From Candidatus Rokuibacteriota bacterium (GTDB taxonomy: Bacteria > JAUVQV01 > DATDCY01): 64,000 nt of DNA. The stretch covers positions 647 through 64,646 of the forward strand of contig JANOHV010000118.1 in assembly GCA_031406795.1 (NCBI GenBank), written 5' to 3'. Below are positions 28,245 through 37,613 of this stretch, piece after piece. The position numbers were made by a program, and so were the translations under genes. The notes under the pieces are model-generated. The model was not told where the DNA came from and searched no databases. It saw only the letters and a program-made list of their open reading frames with translations. Each line of letters begins with the position of its first letter. The first letter of the stretch is position 1.

Positions 28245-28832
28245 ATGGAAGTTCTCGGTATCCTCCTTTCGTCACAAGTGCGTGCCGCACTCTTTCGGAT
28301 TCTCTTCGGCCTGGGCCAGGAGGAACTGCACCTGAGGGAGGTCATGCGTCGCAGCGGCTTCAGCATAGGAACAGTGCGGCAAGACATTACCAAGCTCACG
28401 GATCTCGGTCTGGTGGTGGCCCGAAGATCCGGGAATCGGCTGTACTACCGGGCGAACAAGGAGCACCCGCTCTTTGTGGAGATTCACCGAATCGTTCTGA
28501 AGACAGCCGGCCTGGTTGATATACTCCGTGAGCGGTTGGGATCGAAAGGCGTCATGGTGGCCTTTGTGTTCGGGTCGATCGCCGCGGGAACCGAAGGTGC
28601 CGGAAGTGACGTGGACCTCATGATAGTCGGGTCTGTATCGCTCAGAGAGACCAGCGAGCGGCTCTCGGGCGTCAGCGATGTCCTTGGGCGGGAAGTCAAC
28701 CCGTACATTGTGACTACGGCGGAATTCGTCCGAAGACGGCGCGAGAAGGAGCACTTTCTCGGCCAGGTGATGGAGTCCCAAAAAATCTTCGTGAAGGGGA
28801 CCGAAGATGACCTTGCAGCAATGGTCCGATAA
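28245..28832 (+). CDS. wHTH + minimal nucleotidyltransferase (MNT) protein, MntA-like antitoxin
   Basis: 195 aa. N-terminal ArsR-like wHTH, then VFGSIAAGTEGAGSDVDLMIVG (GS-X10-DxD NTase motif). Confidence 0.75.
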   Translation: MEVLGILLSSQVRAALFRILFGLGQEELHLREVMRRSGFSIGTVRQDITKLTDLGLVVARRSGNRLYYRANKEHPLFVEIHRIVLKTAGLVDILRERLGSKGVMVAFVFGSIAAGTEGAGSDVDLMIVGSVSLRETSERLSGVSDVLGREVNPYIVTTAEFVRRRREKEHFLGQVMESQKIFVKGTEDDLAAMVR

Positions 28833-29000
28833 CCACTGGCTGCGCGAGCACCGGACGAGCCGCGAGGAAATGTTGAGTACTCTACGGTGGGTGGGGCGAC
28901 CCGTCAGGATGCGGATGAACTGATCGGATTCGTCGTTGGCTTTCGCGACGAGGTGCTTGCGTGGCTGCGAAAGCACCACTCCGCTTTTTGGAGTAACTGA
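28807..29000 (+). pseudogene. HEPN toxin remnant with internal deletion/frameshift
   Basis: The N-fragment MTLQQWSDNHWLREHRTSREEMLSTLR... stops at 28921-23. The other frame, from ~28908, reads [30 protein letters not shown], resembling a HEPN C-terminus. The central Rx4-6H region is missing. Confidence 0.55.
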
Positions 29001-29022
29001 CGATGTCAAAAAAGTTAACCGG

Positions 29023-29178
29023 CTAACATTGAACCAGATGACCGATCTCTTCGGGCGAGACAAGTCAGTGATTTCAAGGCACTTACGCAATGTGTTCTCC
29101 TCGGGCGAACTGGAGCGGGGGGCAACTGTTGCGAAAAATGCAACAGTTCAACGGGAAGGGGATCGGGAAATTGTCCGT
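29023..29178 (+). pseudogene. RhuM-family protein fragment
   Basis: [52 protein letters not shown] resembles the central RhuM motif. There are no N- or C-terminal parts. Confidence 0.45.
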
Positions 29179-29280
<102 letters not shown>

Positions 29281-29331
29281 AGATCCGCTGAAGCAGAGGA
29301 CCATTCCCGGCAACGGGGAACTTCCTGCCAG

Positions 29332-29357
29332 GGAACCTTTTGCGTTGCGGGATCGTT
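29332..29357 (+). promoter_or_regulatory. ECF-type promoter candidate GGAAC-N17-CGTT
   Basis: GGAACC (29332-37), 17-nt spacer, CGTTC (29354-58), 9 nt before ATG 29367. The pattern fits autoregulated group-IV sigma promoters. Confidence 0.4.
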
Positions 29358-29366
29358 CAAAAGGCA

Positions 29367-29963
29367 ATGGTGGCATCCGCGGACGACCTCGAGCTTCTCC
29401 GGCGCTTCGCGTCGGGAGACGCCGCCGCGTTCGATGACATCGTCAGGACCTACCAGGGGCGGATCGTCACGCTGTGCCGATACCTGCTCGGCAACGCGGC
29501 CGACGCCGATGACGCGGCGCAGGACGTCTTCGTCAAGGCCTTCAAAAACCTGAAGAATTTTCGTCCCGAGGCGGCCCTGTACACCTGGCTTTATCGCATT
29601 GCGGTCAATACCTGCATCGACCGCAGAAGAAGGCCCTTTTTTCTCTCGTTCTTCCGCGCTGACGAGGGAGGAGAAGGATCCGATGAGCCATTCCCAGGGC
29701 TGCAATCCGAGGCCCCTTCGCCCGAACAGCTGGTCGAATCGCAGCAGATTTCAGAGGAGATCCAGCGCGCGCTGAAAAAGCTGTCACCGAAGCTGCGCGC
29801 GGCGATCGTTCTCAAGGAGATCGAGGGGTTGAGGTACGAGGAGATTGGCGAGGTGCTGGAGATCTCCCTGGGTACCGTCAAGTCGCGCATCTCGCGGGCG
29901 CGGGAGGAGCTGAAGCGGACTTTGACCGACGGCAGGGAACAAAACGGGCCACGCGCCGTTTAA
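29367..29963 (+). CDS. ECF (group IV) RNA polymerase sigma factor
   Basis: The ORF-track start is TTG 29340, so I prefer ATG 29367. Region 2 DAAQDVFVKAF...YTWLYRIAVNTCIDRRR; region 4 LKEIEGLRYEEIGEVLEISLGTVKSRISRAREEL. Confidence 0.88.
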   Translation: MVASADDLELLRRFASGDAAAFDDIVRTYQGRIVTLCRYLLGNAADADDAAQDVFVKAFKNLKNFRPEAALYTWLYRIAVNTCIDRRRRPFFLSFFRADEGGEGSDEPFPGLQSEAPSPEQLVESQQISEEIQRALKKLSPKLRAAIVLKEIEGLRYEEIGEVLEISLGTVKSRISRAREELKRTLTDGREQNGPRAV

Positions 29964-29979
29964 CAGGCAGGAGAAACAT

Positions 29980-30432
29980 ATGAAATGCGCACAGGCGAAG
30001 AAAGAGATGTCGGCGTACCTGGACGGGGAGCTCGGCGGCGGCGCCCGGGAGCGGTTGGCGTCGCACCTGCAGGGTTGCGAGATGTGCCGGACCTCGTACG
30101 AGGGGCTGGAACGCGTGCACTCCCTGCTCGCGAAGGCCGAACACTACGATGCGCCGCCCACGCTCCCCTGGCGTGTCGCGGCCGCGATCCGCTCGGGCGA
30201 GGCGCCGCGGCGGCCATTCTTCCCCGTCGCGATGAAGCTGGCCGCGCAGGCCGTCGCGCTGACGGCGGTCGTTGTCATCGGGGTGGCTTCGGGCCGCGTT
30301 CTGACCGCGGGATCCGCACCCGAGCGGGCTGCCAACCCGACAGAGCTGCTGTCGCTCGACATTTTCGCCGCCGCTCCCCCGGATTCCCCGGGGGGCGTCT
30401 ACCTGGCGTTGATGGAGGCCGATCATGAGTAG
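29980..30432 (+). CDS. Anti-sigma factor (zf-HC2 zinc-finger, single TM)
   Basis: 150 aa, AGGAGA SD. LDGELGGGARERLASHLQGCEMCRTSYEGL carries the H-x3-C-x2-C motif. There is a central hydrophobic helix. Confidence 0.8.
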   Translation: MKCAQAKKEMSAYLDGELGGGARERLASHLQGCEMCRTSYEGLERVHSLLAKAEHYDAPPTLPWRVAAAIRSGEAPRRPFFPVAMKLAAQAVALTAVVVIGVASGRVLTAGSAPERAANPTELLSLDIFAAAPPDSPGGVYLALMEADHE

Positions 30433-30889
30433 GGGCAGCCTGAAGTTTTTCCTCGCGCTCTCGGTCCTGCTCAATGTTTCGGTGCTGGCGACGGCGGGTT
30501 TCAAGTATGTCTCGAGTCGCCATTCCTGGACTTCGCCCTATGGCACGAAGATGGCTCGAGACAAGTTCCTGTTCGAGGAGCTCGCTCTGACTCGCGAGCA
30601 GATGAAGGCGATGCGGCAGAAGGCGCTCCCGTTCCGGGCCGAAGTCGACCGGCAGCGCGATGCGATCGTCGCCCTGCGCAAGGAACTGATCGGGTTGATG
30701 CGGACGGACGCCCCCGACGCCGGCGCCGTCGACACGGCAATTGCGCACATCAGCAGCCTGCAGGAGACGCTGCAGAAGCAGATCACCCGCCAGATGCTCG
30801 AGCAGAAGGCCTTGCTGAGCAACGAGCAGCAGAAGTCGTTTCTCGACCTGATCGAGCGGGCCATGACGCAGGGGGGACAGTCGGAGTGA
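30425..30889 (+). CDS. Periplasmic CpxP/Spy/ZraP-family (LTXXQ) stress protein
   Basis: 154 aa, signal/TM at the N-terminus. LTREQMKAM and LSNEQQKSF are LTXXQ-type repeats. Confidence 0.65.
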   Translation: MSRGSLKFFLALSVLLNVSVLATAGFKYVSSRHSWTSPYGTKMARDKFLFEELALTREQMKAMRQKALPFRAEVDRQRDAIVALRKELIGLMRTDAPDAGAVDTAIAHISSLQETLQKQITRQMLEQKALLSNEQQKSFLDLIERAMTQGGQSE

Positions 30890-32208
30890 CCACCTGGCGC
30901 ATGCGAAGGGCTGTTCCGACGATCACGCTCCTGCTGGCGACCCTCGCCCTCCCCGTCCAGGAGGCCGATGCCCAAGCCGGCGACATTGCCGGTCGGACCC
31001 TGACGCTTCAGGAGTGCCTCACGCTCGGACTGAAGCAGAACCCGGCCACCGAGATCGCTCACCAGAATGTCCTGGCCGCCCGGGAGAAAATCGGTGAGGC
31101 GCGGGGCGGCTCCTACCCGTCGCTCAGGTTCGCCGCCGGGTACACCTACACCACCACCCCCGCGACTGCTGCTGCGGCTTCAAACGATAGCTTCGACAAC
31201 CGGTTCTTCCTGAAACAGAACCTTTACGATGCGGGTCAGACTTCGAGCCTCGTGGCCGGCGCGGTGCACGGAACCCGGGTGCTGGAGTCAGAGTCGAGGA
31301 AGACCGGGCTGGATGTCGTCGTGAATATTCACGCGTCCTTCTACGAAGTGCTGCGCCGGCGCGATTTCATCGAGATTGCCCGGCAGGCCCTCGAGAGCGC
31401 GCAGAAGCACGTCGGGCAGGCGCAGGAGCTCTACAAGCAAGGGCTGGCACCGCGTGCCGACGTCATCAAGGCCGAGGTCCAGGTCTCAACGGGCCAGCTG
31501 GAGATCATCCGGGTGGAGAACGCTTACCTGCTCGCAAAAGCCAATCTCTCGGCGGCGATGGGCTTGCCCGTGACGACGGAGTTCGCCGTAGTCGAGCCGG
31601 AGGCGGGGGACGAGACGAAGGTGCCGTCGCTTCAGGCGGCACTGGTCGCCGCACCGGAGAGACGTCCCGAGCTGACCGCCGTCCGGGCGAGGCAGGCGGT
31701 TGCGGAAGCTGCCGTCAGGCAGGCGCAAGGGGGTCTGTACCCGACGGTCAGCCTCGACGCGTCGTATGGGTGGCAGGAGAGCGACTTCGTCCCGCTGGAC
31801 AGCAAATGGAGCGTCGGGCTCACGGTTGCCATCCCGGTGTTCGAACGGCGGGTCGCGCGGGCGAAGATCAATCAGGCCATTGCCAGCCGCAACGGTCTCC
31901 GGGCAGCCGAAACGCAGACCGTGCGGGCGGTGGAGCTCGAGGTCGAGCAGGCCTGGCTGTTCCTGAAGGAGGCGCAGGAGCGCCGGGTGGTCACGAAGAA
32001 GCTTTTTGAACAGGCGGAGGCGGACATCAGGGTCTCGGAGGGAAGGTACCAGGAGGGGCTGGGCACGATGCTGGACGTGATCGATGCCCGGACCACGGTG
32101 ACCCAGGCCGGCGTGAACGTGGTGATCGCCCGCTATGACATCGCTCAGGCGCGCGCCCGGCTCGAGCGGGCGCTGGGGAACGGCTTGCCGGAGGAGGTGG
32201 CGCAGTGA
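30886..32208 (+). CDS. TolC-family outer-membrane efflux protein
   Basis: 440 aa, signal peptide. LTLQECLTLGLKQNP start, and two repeated coiled-coil/beta-barrel halves typical of OEP. Confidence 0.88.
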   Translation: MTTWRMRRAVPTITLLLATLALPVQEADAQAGDIAGRTLTLQECLTLGLKQNPATEIAHQNVLAAREKIGEARGGSYPSLRFAAGYTYTTTPATAAAASNDSFDNRFFLKQNLYDAGQTSSLVAGAVHGTRVLESESRKTGLDVVVNIHASFYEVLRRRDFIEIARQALESAQKHVGQAQELYKQGLAPRADVIKAEVQVSTGQLEIIRVENAYLLAKANLSAAMGLPVTTEFAVVEPEAGDETKVPSLQAALVAAPERRPELTAVRARQAVAEAAVRQAQGGLYPTVSLDASYGWQESDFVPLDSKWSVGLTVAIPVFERRVARAKINQAIASRNGLRAAETQTVRAVELEVEQAWLFLKEAQERRVVTKKLFEQAEADIRVSEGRYQEGLGTMLDVIDARTTVTQAGVNVVIARYDIAQARARLERALGNGLPEEVAQ

Positions 32209-33299
32209 GGAAGAAGTGGGTGGTTGCCGCAGTCGTGCTCGCCGTAATCGGCGTGGGTGCGCTTCCCGCATATCGGAAATACGCCGTCGCTACGGCGGCG
32301 GTGCCGCAGTACCGGACGGAGGCAGTGAGACGCCGCGACATCGGCTCGATGGTCCAGGCGACCGGGGTCGTCAAGGCGAAAGTCGGCGCCGAGGTCAAGG
32401 TCGGCGCGCGCATTTCCGGGCGGGTCGAGAAACTCTACGCCAACATCGGTGACGTGGTCGGCAAAGGTCAGATGATCGCCAGGCTGGAGCAGGTGGACCT
32501 GGAGGCGAAGGTCAACGAGGCCCGGATGAATCTCCGGGTCGTCGAGGCCAACCTCGAGCTGGCCAGGAAGAATCTTCTGCGGATGGAGAATCTCTTCGCC
32601 AAAGACTACGTGTCGCGCGACAAGGTCGACGTCGCCGAGCGGGACGTCAAGGCCGCCGAGGCGCAGGCCGACCAGATCCGGGAGACGGTGCGCTATCACC
32701 AGACGCAGATGTCCTACGCGGACATCCATGCGCCGATCGCGGGGGTGATTGCGTCCGTCGCGACGCAGCAGGGAGAGACCGTCTCCGCCTCGTCCCTGAG
32801 CGTGCCGACTTTCGTGACCATCGTGGATTTGTCGCGGCTCGAGCTCTACGTGTACGTCGACGAGACCGACATCGGCAAGATCCGGCCCGGGCTGGAGGTC
32901 CAGTTCGCGGTCGACTCCTTCCCGGACAAGGCCTTCAAGGGCACGGTGTCCGCGGTCTACCCGAAGGCGACGATCCAGGACAACGTGGTCTATTACGTCA
33001 CGGTGGTGTCGATCGAGAACCCGGCGGCAGCGCCGGGAGTCCAGCCGCTGCTCAAGCCGGACATGACGGTCAACGCGACGATCGCGTTGAGCCGCCGGGA
33101 CCAGGTTCTGACCGTAGCGAGCCGGTCCATCAAGCGGGAGGGCGCGAGGAAGTTCGTCCAGGTCCTCGAGGACGGCAAACCCGTGGCGCGCGCAATCCGG
33201 ACCGGCACGAAAGACGGCGCGTACACCGAAGTGCTTGAAGGGCTCGGGGAAGGGGACGCGGTCGTGATCGCCGAGGCGGCGAGTGCGGATAAGCAATAG
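32205..33299 (+). CDS. Periplasmic adaptor (HlyD/MacA-type membrane fusion protein)
   Basis: 364 aa, N-terminal TM. Lipoyl/hairpin pattern GRVEKLYANIGDVVGKGQMIARLE...HAPIAGVIASV. Confidence 0.88.
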   Translation: MRKKWVVAAVVLAVIGVGALPAYRKYAVATAAVPQYRTEAVRRRDIGSMVQATGVVKAKVGAEVKVGARISGRVEKLYANIGDVVGKGQMIARLEQVDLEAKVNEARMNLRVVEANLELARKNLLRMENLFAKDYVSRDKVDVAERDVKAAEAQADQIRETVRYHQTQMSYADIHAPIAGVIASVATQQGETVSASSLSVPTFVTIVDLSRLELYVYVDETDIGKIRPGLEVQFAVDSFPDKAFKGTVSAVYPKATIQDNVVYYVTVVSIENPAAAPGVQPLLKPDMTVNATIALSRRDQVLTVASRSIKREGARKFVQVLEDGKPVARAIRTGTKDGAYTEVLEGLGEGDAVVIAEAASADKQ

Positions 33300-33362
33300 C
33301 AGGGGCCAGGACAACTCGATGCGGGCAGGCCGGCCGGCGCTGACAACAACGGAGGAACGGGC

Positions 33363-34043
33363 GTGATTGCGTTAGACAAGATCAGCAAGAAATACACCAA
33401 GAACGGCGGGCTCGAAGTGCGGGTGCTCGACGGGGTCGACTTGAAGATCGGCAAAGGGGAGTTTGTCGCGATCATGGCCCCCTCGGGGATGGGGAAGTCG
33501 ACGCTGATGAACATCATCGGCTGCCTCGACCGCCCGACGGGCGGGCGCTATCTGCTCGACGGCGTCGCGGTCGATACCATGAACGACGACGATCTTTCGC
33601 GTACCAGGAACAAGAAGATCGGCTTCGTCTTCCAGTCCTTCAACCTGCTGCCCCGGACGACGGCGCTCGACAACGTCTCGCTGCCGCTGCTCTACGCGTC
33701 GGCGGCGATCGACATCAAGGTGCGGGCGGCGGCGGCGCTGGCCGCGGTCGGCCTCGCGGACCGGATGAACCACACCCCGTCGGAGCTCTCGGGGGGACAG
33801 CAGCAGCGGGTCGCGATTGCGCGCGCGCTGGCCAATGATCCGGCCCTGATCCTGGCGGACGAGCCCACCGGGAACCTCGACAGCGCGTCGAGCGACGAGG
33901 TGATGCAGATCTTCAAGCGGTTGAACGCCGAAGGGCGCTCGATCGTCCTGGTGACCCACGAGCAGAGCGTGGCCGACCAGGCCGATCGGGTGATCCGGAT
34001 GAAGGACGGACGGATCGTCAGCGACGTAAGGAGGGCCGCCTGA
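33363..34043 (+). CDS. MacB/LolD-type ABC transporter ATP-binding protein
   Basis: 226 aa, GTG start. Walker [11 protein letters not shown], signature [15 protein letters not shown], Walker [13 protein letters not shown]. Confidence 0.92.
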   Translation: MIALDKISKKYTKNGGLEVRVLDGVDLKIGKGEFVAIMAPSGMGKSTLMNIIGCLDRPTGGRYLLDGVAVDTMNDDDLSRTRNKKIGFVFQSFNLLPRTTALDNVSLPLLYASAAIDIKVRAAAALAAVGLADRMNHTPSELSGGQQQRVAIARALANDPALILADEPTGNLDSASSDEVMQIFKRLNAEGRSIVLVTHEQSVADQADRVIRMKDGRIVSDVRRAA

Positions 34044-35254
34044 TGTCGATGAAGAATGCGGCGCGGGTCTCCCTGCAGGGACTGAGCAAGTACAAGACGC
34101 GGACTTTTCTGATGATGCTCGGGATCATCGTCGGCATCGCGACGCTGACGGTGGTTGTTTCGATCAGCAAGGGCATGCAGAGGAAGGTGATGCAGAGTAT
34201 CCAGAGCTTCGGCCCCAATGCGGTGATGGTCTCCGCGGGCGGCGGCAAGATGTTCGGGCCACCCGAGGACCGGGTGGTCACGCTGACCCTGGATGACGCG
34301 GCGGCGCTCCGAGAAGGGGTGCCGGGGGTCAGGAGCGTGGCGCCGTTTACCGTGAACATCGAGCAGAACATCATCGCCGGCAGTGTGAGCACCACGTCCC
34401 CGGTGGTCGGGGTGACGCCGGAGTTCGCGGACGCCTGGCAGTGGTACCCGGCGAAGGGGGAGTTCATCAGCGACGAGGACACGGCTTCGCTCAGCCGCAA
34501 CGCCGTCATCGGCCAGACCGTGGCCCGGGAACTGTTCGGCGACCAGGAAGCGGTCGGCGAGACGGTGCGGGTCAACAACACCACGTTCACCGTCGTCGGC
34601 GTCCTCGCGCGGCGCGGCACAAGTCCGATGGGCATGGACATGGACCGCCGGGTGATGATCCCGCTCACCACCGCGATGAAGAAGATGTACAACGTCAACC
34701 ACGTCGGGATGATCCGTCTGTATCTCGATGACCCGTCGCGGCTCAAGGAGGCGACCGCCGCCGTCACGTCGGTCCTCAGGGAGCGGCACCGCATCACGCC
34801 ACCGGACGAGAACGATTTCCGGACCATCAACACAATGTCCATGGCCATGATGGCCTCCGGTGTCGCGAAGACGCTCGGCACGTTCCTGGGGCTGCTGTCG
34901 CTGGTCTCGCTGGTCGTCGGCGGGATCGTGATCGCCAACATCATGTTCGTCTCGGTCGGCGAGCGCCGGAAGGAGATCGGCATCCGGCGCGCCTTCGGGG
35001 CCACCGCGCGGGACATCCGCCGGCAGTTCCTCGGTGAGGCGCTGCTCGTGACGATCAGCGGCGGCGTGGTCGGGACCCTGCTCGGCATCGTGCTCTCGAT
35101 CGGCTTCGCCAGGATGAAGAACATGCCGACCGTCATCTCCTGGGAGCCCTTCGTGCTGGCGCTGGTCTTCTCGGGATTGGTCGGCGTGCTCGCCGGACTG
35201 CAACCGGCGCGGCGGGCGGCAGCGCTCGACCCGGTCGAAGCGATCCGGGGTTAG
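34043..35254 (+). CDS. ABC transporter permease (MacB_PCD + FtsX domains), copy 1
   Basis: 403 aa. N-terminal NKxRT-like [17 protein letters not shown], a periplasmic core, and C-terminal FtsX helices with [12 protein letters not shown]. Confidence 0.9.
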   Translation: MSMKNAARVSLQGLSKYKTRTFLMMLGIIVGIATLTVVVSISKGMQRKVMQSIQSFGPNAVMVSAGGGKMFGPPEDRVVTLTLDDAAALREGVPGVRSVAPFTVNIEQNIIAGSVSTTSPVVGVTPEFADAWQWYPAKGEFISDEDTASLSRNAVIGQTVARELFGDQEAVGETVRVNNTTFTVVGVLARRGTSPMGMDMDRRVMIPLTTAMKKMYNVNHVGMIRLYLDDPSRLKEATAAVTSVLRERHRITPPDENDFRTINTMSMAMMASGVAKTLGTFLGLLSLVSLVVGGIVIANIMFVSVGERRKEIGIRRAFGATARDIRRQFLGEALLVTISGGVVGTLLGIVLSIGFARMKNMPTVISWEPFVLALVFSGLVGVLAGLQPARRAAALDPVEAIRG

Positions 35255-35275
35255 GAACGGCATTGTTCATGCAGC

Positions 35276-35330
35276 CCGTTCGTGCTGAGTTCGAACAAAC
35301 CGTTCGTGCTGAGCTTGCCGAAGCATGAAG
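35276..35330. repeat. Two tandem CCGTTCGTGCTGAG REP units; the right arm contains the ATG of the next gene
   Basis: CCGTTCGTGCTGAG occurs at 35276-89 and 35300-13. The arm AGCATGAAG (35322-30) can pair with GCUGCUUGCC-type left-arm CUUCGUGCU residues, with one G-U. Confidence 0.7.
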
Positions 35331-36542
35331 CTGCTCAGAGGGATCCGGATGGCGCTGACGGCGCTCTTCAGCCACAAGCTGCGGACGGCGCTGGCGACTC
35401 TGGGGGTGGTGATCGGGGTCTGCTCGGTGATCGTGATGGTGGCGATTGGCGAAGGCGCGCAGCGCGAGGTGCTCTCGAAGATCCAGGCGATGGGCACGGA
35501 CCTGGTGATCGTGAGCAGCGGTCAGGTCAAAGTGATCGCCGGGCGCAGGCGACAGACGGGAAATGTCACGACACTGACGATGCGGGATCTCAAGGCCGTC
35601 GGGGAGGAGGCGCGGCAGGTCCGGGCCGTCGCCCCCTCCCAGGGCCGCAAGATGCTCGTCCGGCACGAGGCGGTGAGCACGACGACGACCATCGACGGCA
35701 CGACCCGGGAGATCCTGCCGATTCGGAACCTGCGCCTGCGCAGCGGCAGGTTTTTCACCGAGGAGGAGAATCGGACCCTCCAGCGGGTCGCGGTCCTCGG
35801 GAAAACGGCCGCGGGGAACCTCTTTGACGGGCGCGATCCCGTCGGCGAGATGGTGCGGATCGGCAAGGTCACCTTCGAAGTGATCGGCGTGCTGGAGGAA
35901 AAGGGCACCGACCTGGTGGGCAACGATCAGGACGACGTGATCTTCGTGCCGGTCGACACCGCGCTGCGCCGACTCTTCAACATCACCTACATCAATACCC
36001 TGTTCATCCAGGCCGGGAGCTCCGACCGGATCGACGAGGCGGCGGCCGAAGTGGCCGCCTTGCTGCGGGAGCGACACCGGCTCGACGGGAAACCCGACGA
36101 CTTCACGGTCCAGAGCCAGACCGAGATTCTGGAGGCCGAGCGGGAGACCTCGCGGACCTTCACGAATCTGTTGAGCGCAGTCGCGGCGATCTCGCTGCTG
36201 GTCGGCGGGGTCGGCATTCTCGCGGTCATGCTGATGACGATCAAGGAGCGCACGCGGGAGATCGGCGTGCGTCGGGCGGTGGGCGCGCTGCGCCGGGACG
36301 TGCTGGTGCAGTTCGTCGTGGAGTCGCTCGTCCTGGGCGTCAGCGGGGGCGTCGTCGGGATTCTGCTGGGGATCGCACTCGCGCTCGGCGCCGCCCATTT
36401 CACGAGCTGGCCGATGAGTCTTTCCCTTCCGGCGGTGGCGGTCGCGTTCTTCTTCTCCGCGGCGGTCGGCCTGCTCTTCGGCGTCTATCCGGCCGCGAAG
36501 GCCGCGCGGCTGGACCCCATCGAAGCGTTGCGGGCCGAGTAG
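35325..36542 (+). CDS. ABC transporter permease (MacB_PCD + FtsX), copy 2
   Basis: 405 aa. MKLLRGIRMALTALFSHKLRTALATLGVVIGV, and C-terminal TREIGVRRAVGA. Confidence 0.9.
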   Translation: MKLLRGIRMALTALFSHKLRTALATLGVVIGVCSVIVMVAIGEGAQREVLSKIQAMGTDLVIVSSGQVKVIAGRRRQTGNVTTLTMRDLKAVGEEARQVRAVAPSQGRKMLVRHEAVSTTTTIDGTTREILPIRNLRLRSGRFFTEEENRTLQRVAVLGKTAAGNLFDGRDPVGEMVRIGKVTFEVIGVLEEKGTDLVGNDQDDVIFVPVDTALRRLFNITYINTLFIQAGSSDRIDEAAAEVAALLRERHRLDGKPDDFTVQSQTEILEAERETSRTFTNLLSAVAAISLLVGGVGILAVMLMTIKERTREIGVRRAVGALRRDVLVQFVVESLVLGVSGGVVGILLGIALALGAAHFTSWPMSLSLPAVAVAFFFSAAVGLLFGVYPAAKAARLDPIEALRAE

Positions 36543-36616
36543 GTTCCCTGCTAGATTTGCGCCGTGATTCTTCAGGAGATGATCACCGGGACTGACGGGG
36601 ACGACTGCGCCGGGGA

Positions 36617-37126
36617 ATGGGAATGAAAAGCAAAGAAATCGGCGTGGTCCTGGCGACCGTCTTCATGTTTTCTTACGGGGCAAACTTCATCTGGGAGTCG
36701 CTGCATGCCGCCTTCCTCTTCGAGGGACATGATGTTAACGCCAAGAGATATGTCGCGATGGTCATGTATGTAGCGGCCATGGACAGTGCACTTATCACCG
36801 GGCTCTACTTGTTCATCGCGGCCTCATGGAAAGATCTTCTCTGGCTTCGAACCATGAACAGGAAGCAACAGTCTGCGGCATTTCTCGCCGGGCTGATAAT
36901 CGCCGCTGTAATTGAGTATGCGAAAGTATACGTGTTGAAGGCATGGAGTTACACTTCACTCATGCCGGTACTGTTCGGGATCGGTCTTTCGCCGTTATTC
37001 CAGTTGAGCGTTACAAGCCTGCTGATGTTCCGCCTGACGCGGAGGCTGTTATACGAACGGGGAGCATTTTCCGCAGCACATGAGCGCGCGGGACTCGCTG
37101 CAAACCGTCCAGGCCCCTTGCCATGA
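36617..37126 (+). CDS. Hypothetical multi-TM membrane protein (visibly more AT-rich than neighbours)
   Basis: 169 aa with about 4-5 hydrophobic helices. I recognise no motif. Confidence 0.5.
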   Translation: MGMKSKEIGVVLATVFMFSYGANFIWESLHAAFLFEGHDVNAKRYVAMVMYVAAMDSALITGLYLFIAASWKDLLWLRTMNRKQQSAAFLAGLIIAAVIEYAKVYVLKAWSYTSLMPVLFGIGLSPLFQLSVTSLLMFRLTRRLLYERGAFSAAHERAGLAANRPGPLP

Positions 37127-37199
37127 CACAGCGGGCCGCAAATGCGCCTCCAAGGGGAGACGAGGCACCCGACTGAGGAGTCCCCGGGCCGTCGGGCGC

Positions 37200-37613
37200 T
37201 TAGAGAACCAGAACCGGGCACTGCGCCGAGCGCGCCACCCGCTCCGCGATGCTCGGGCCGAGCAGCCGCCGAAACCAGGGGAGCCGCTCGCGGCCGATCA
37301 CGATGAGGTCGCAGCGCTCCTCGGCCGCGACCGCGACGATTCGCTCCGAAATGCTGCCTTCCTCGACGCGCGACCTGACGAGGACGCGTGCATCCTCCGC
37401 GGATTGCCGCACCTCGGCGCGCACCTGCCGCTCCGCGCCGGTGAGGACCGTTTCGATATCCTTGATGCCCGTCAGCTCCAGATCGCCCTCGTTTGCGGGT
37501 AGAACCTTGAGGACGGTGGTCCAGCACCCTTCATCGCCGGCCAGTTGCAGCCCCCGCGCGAGGGCATTTCTCGATCCGTCGAGCGCGACGAGAATCCTGC
37601 GAAAGCCCCTCAT
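37200..37613 (-). CDS. Universal stress protein (single UspA domain)
   Basis: 137 aa. ILVALDGS...LIVIGRERLPWFRRLLGPSIAERVARSAQCPVLVL. Its start overlaps the upstream stop (ATGA). Confidence 0.85.
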   Translation of the reverse strand: MRGFRRILVALDGSRNALARGLQLAGDEGCWTTVLKVLPANEGDLELTGIKDIETVLTGAERQVRAEVRQSAEDARVLVRSRVEEGSISERIVAVAAEERCDLIVIGRERLPWFRRLLGPSIAERVARSAQCPVLVL

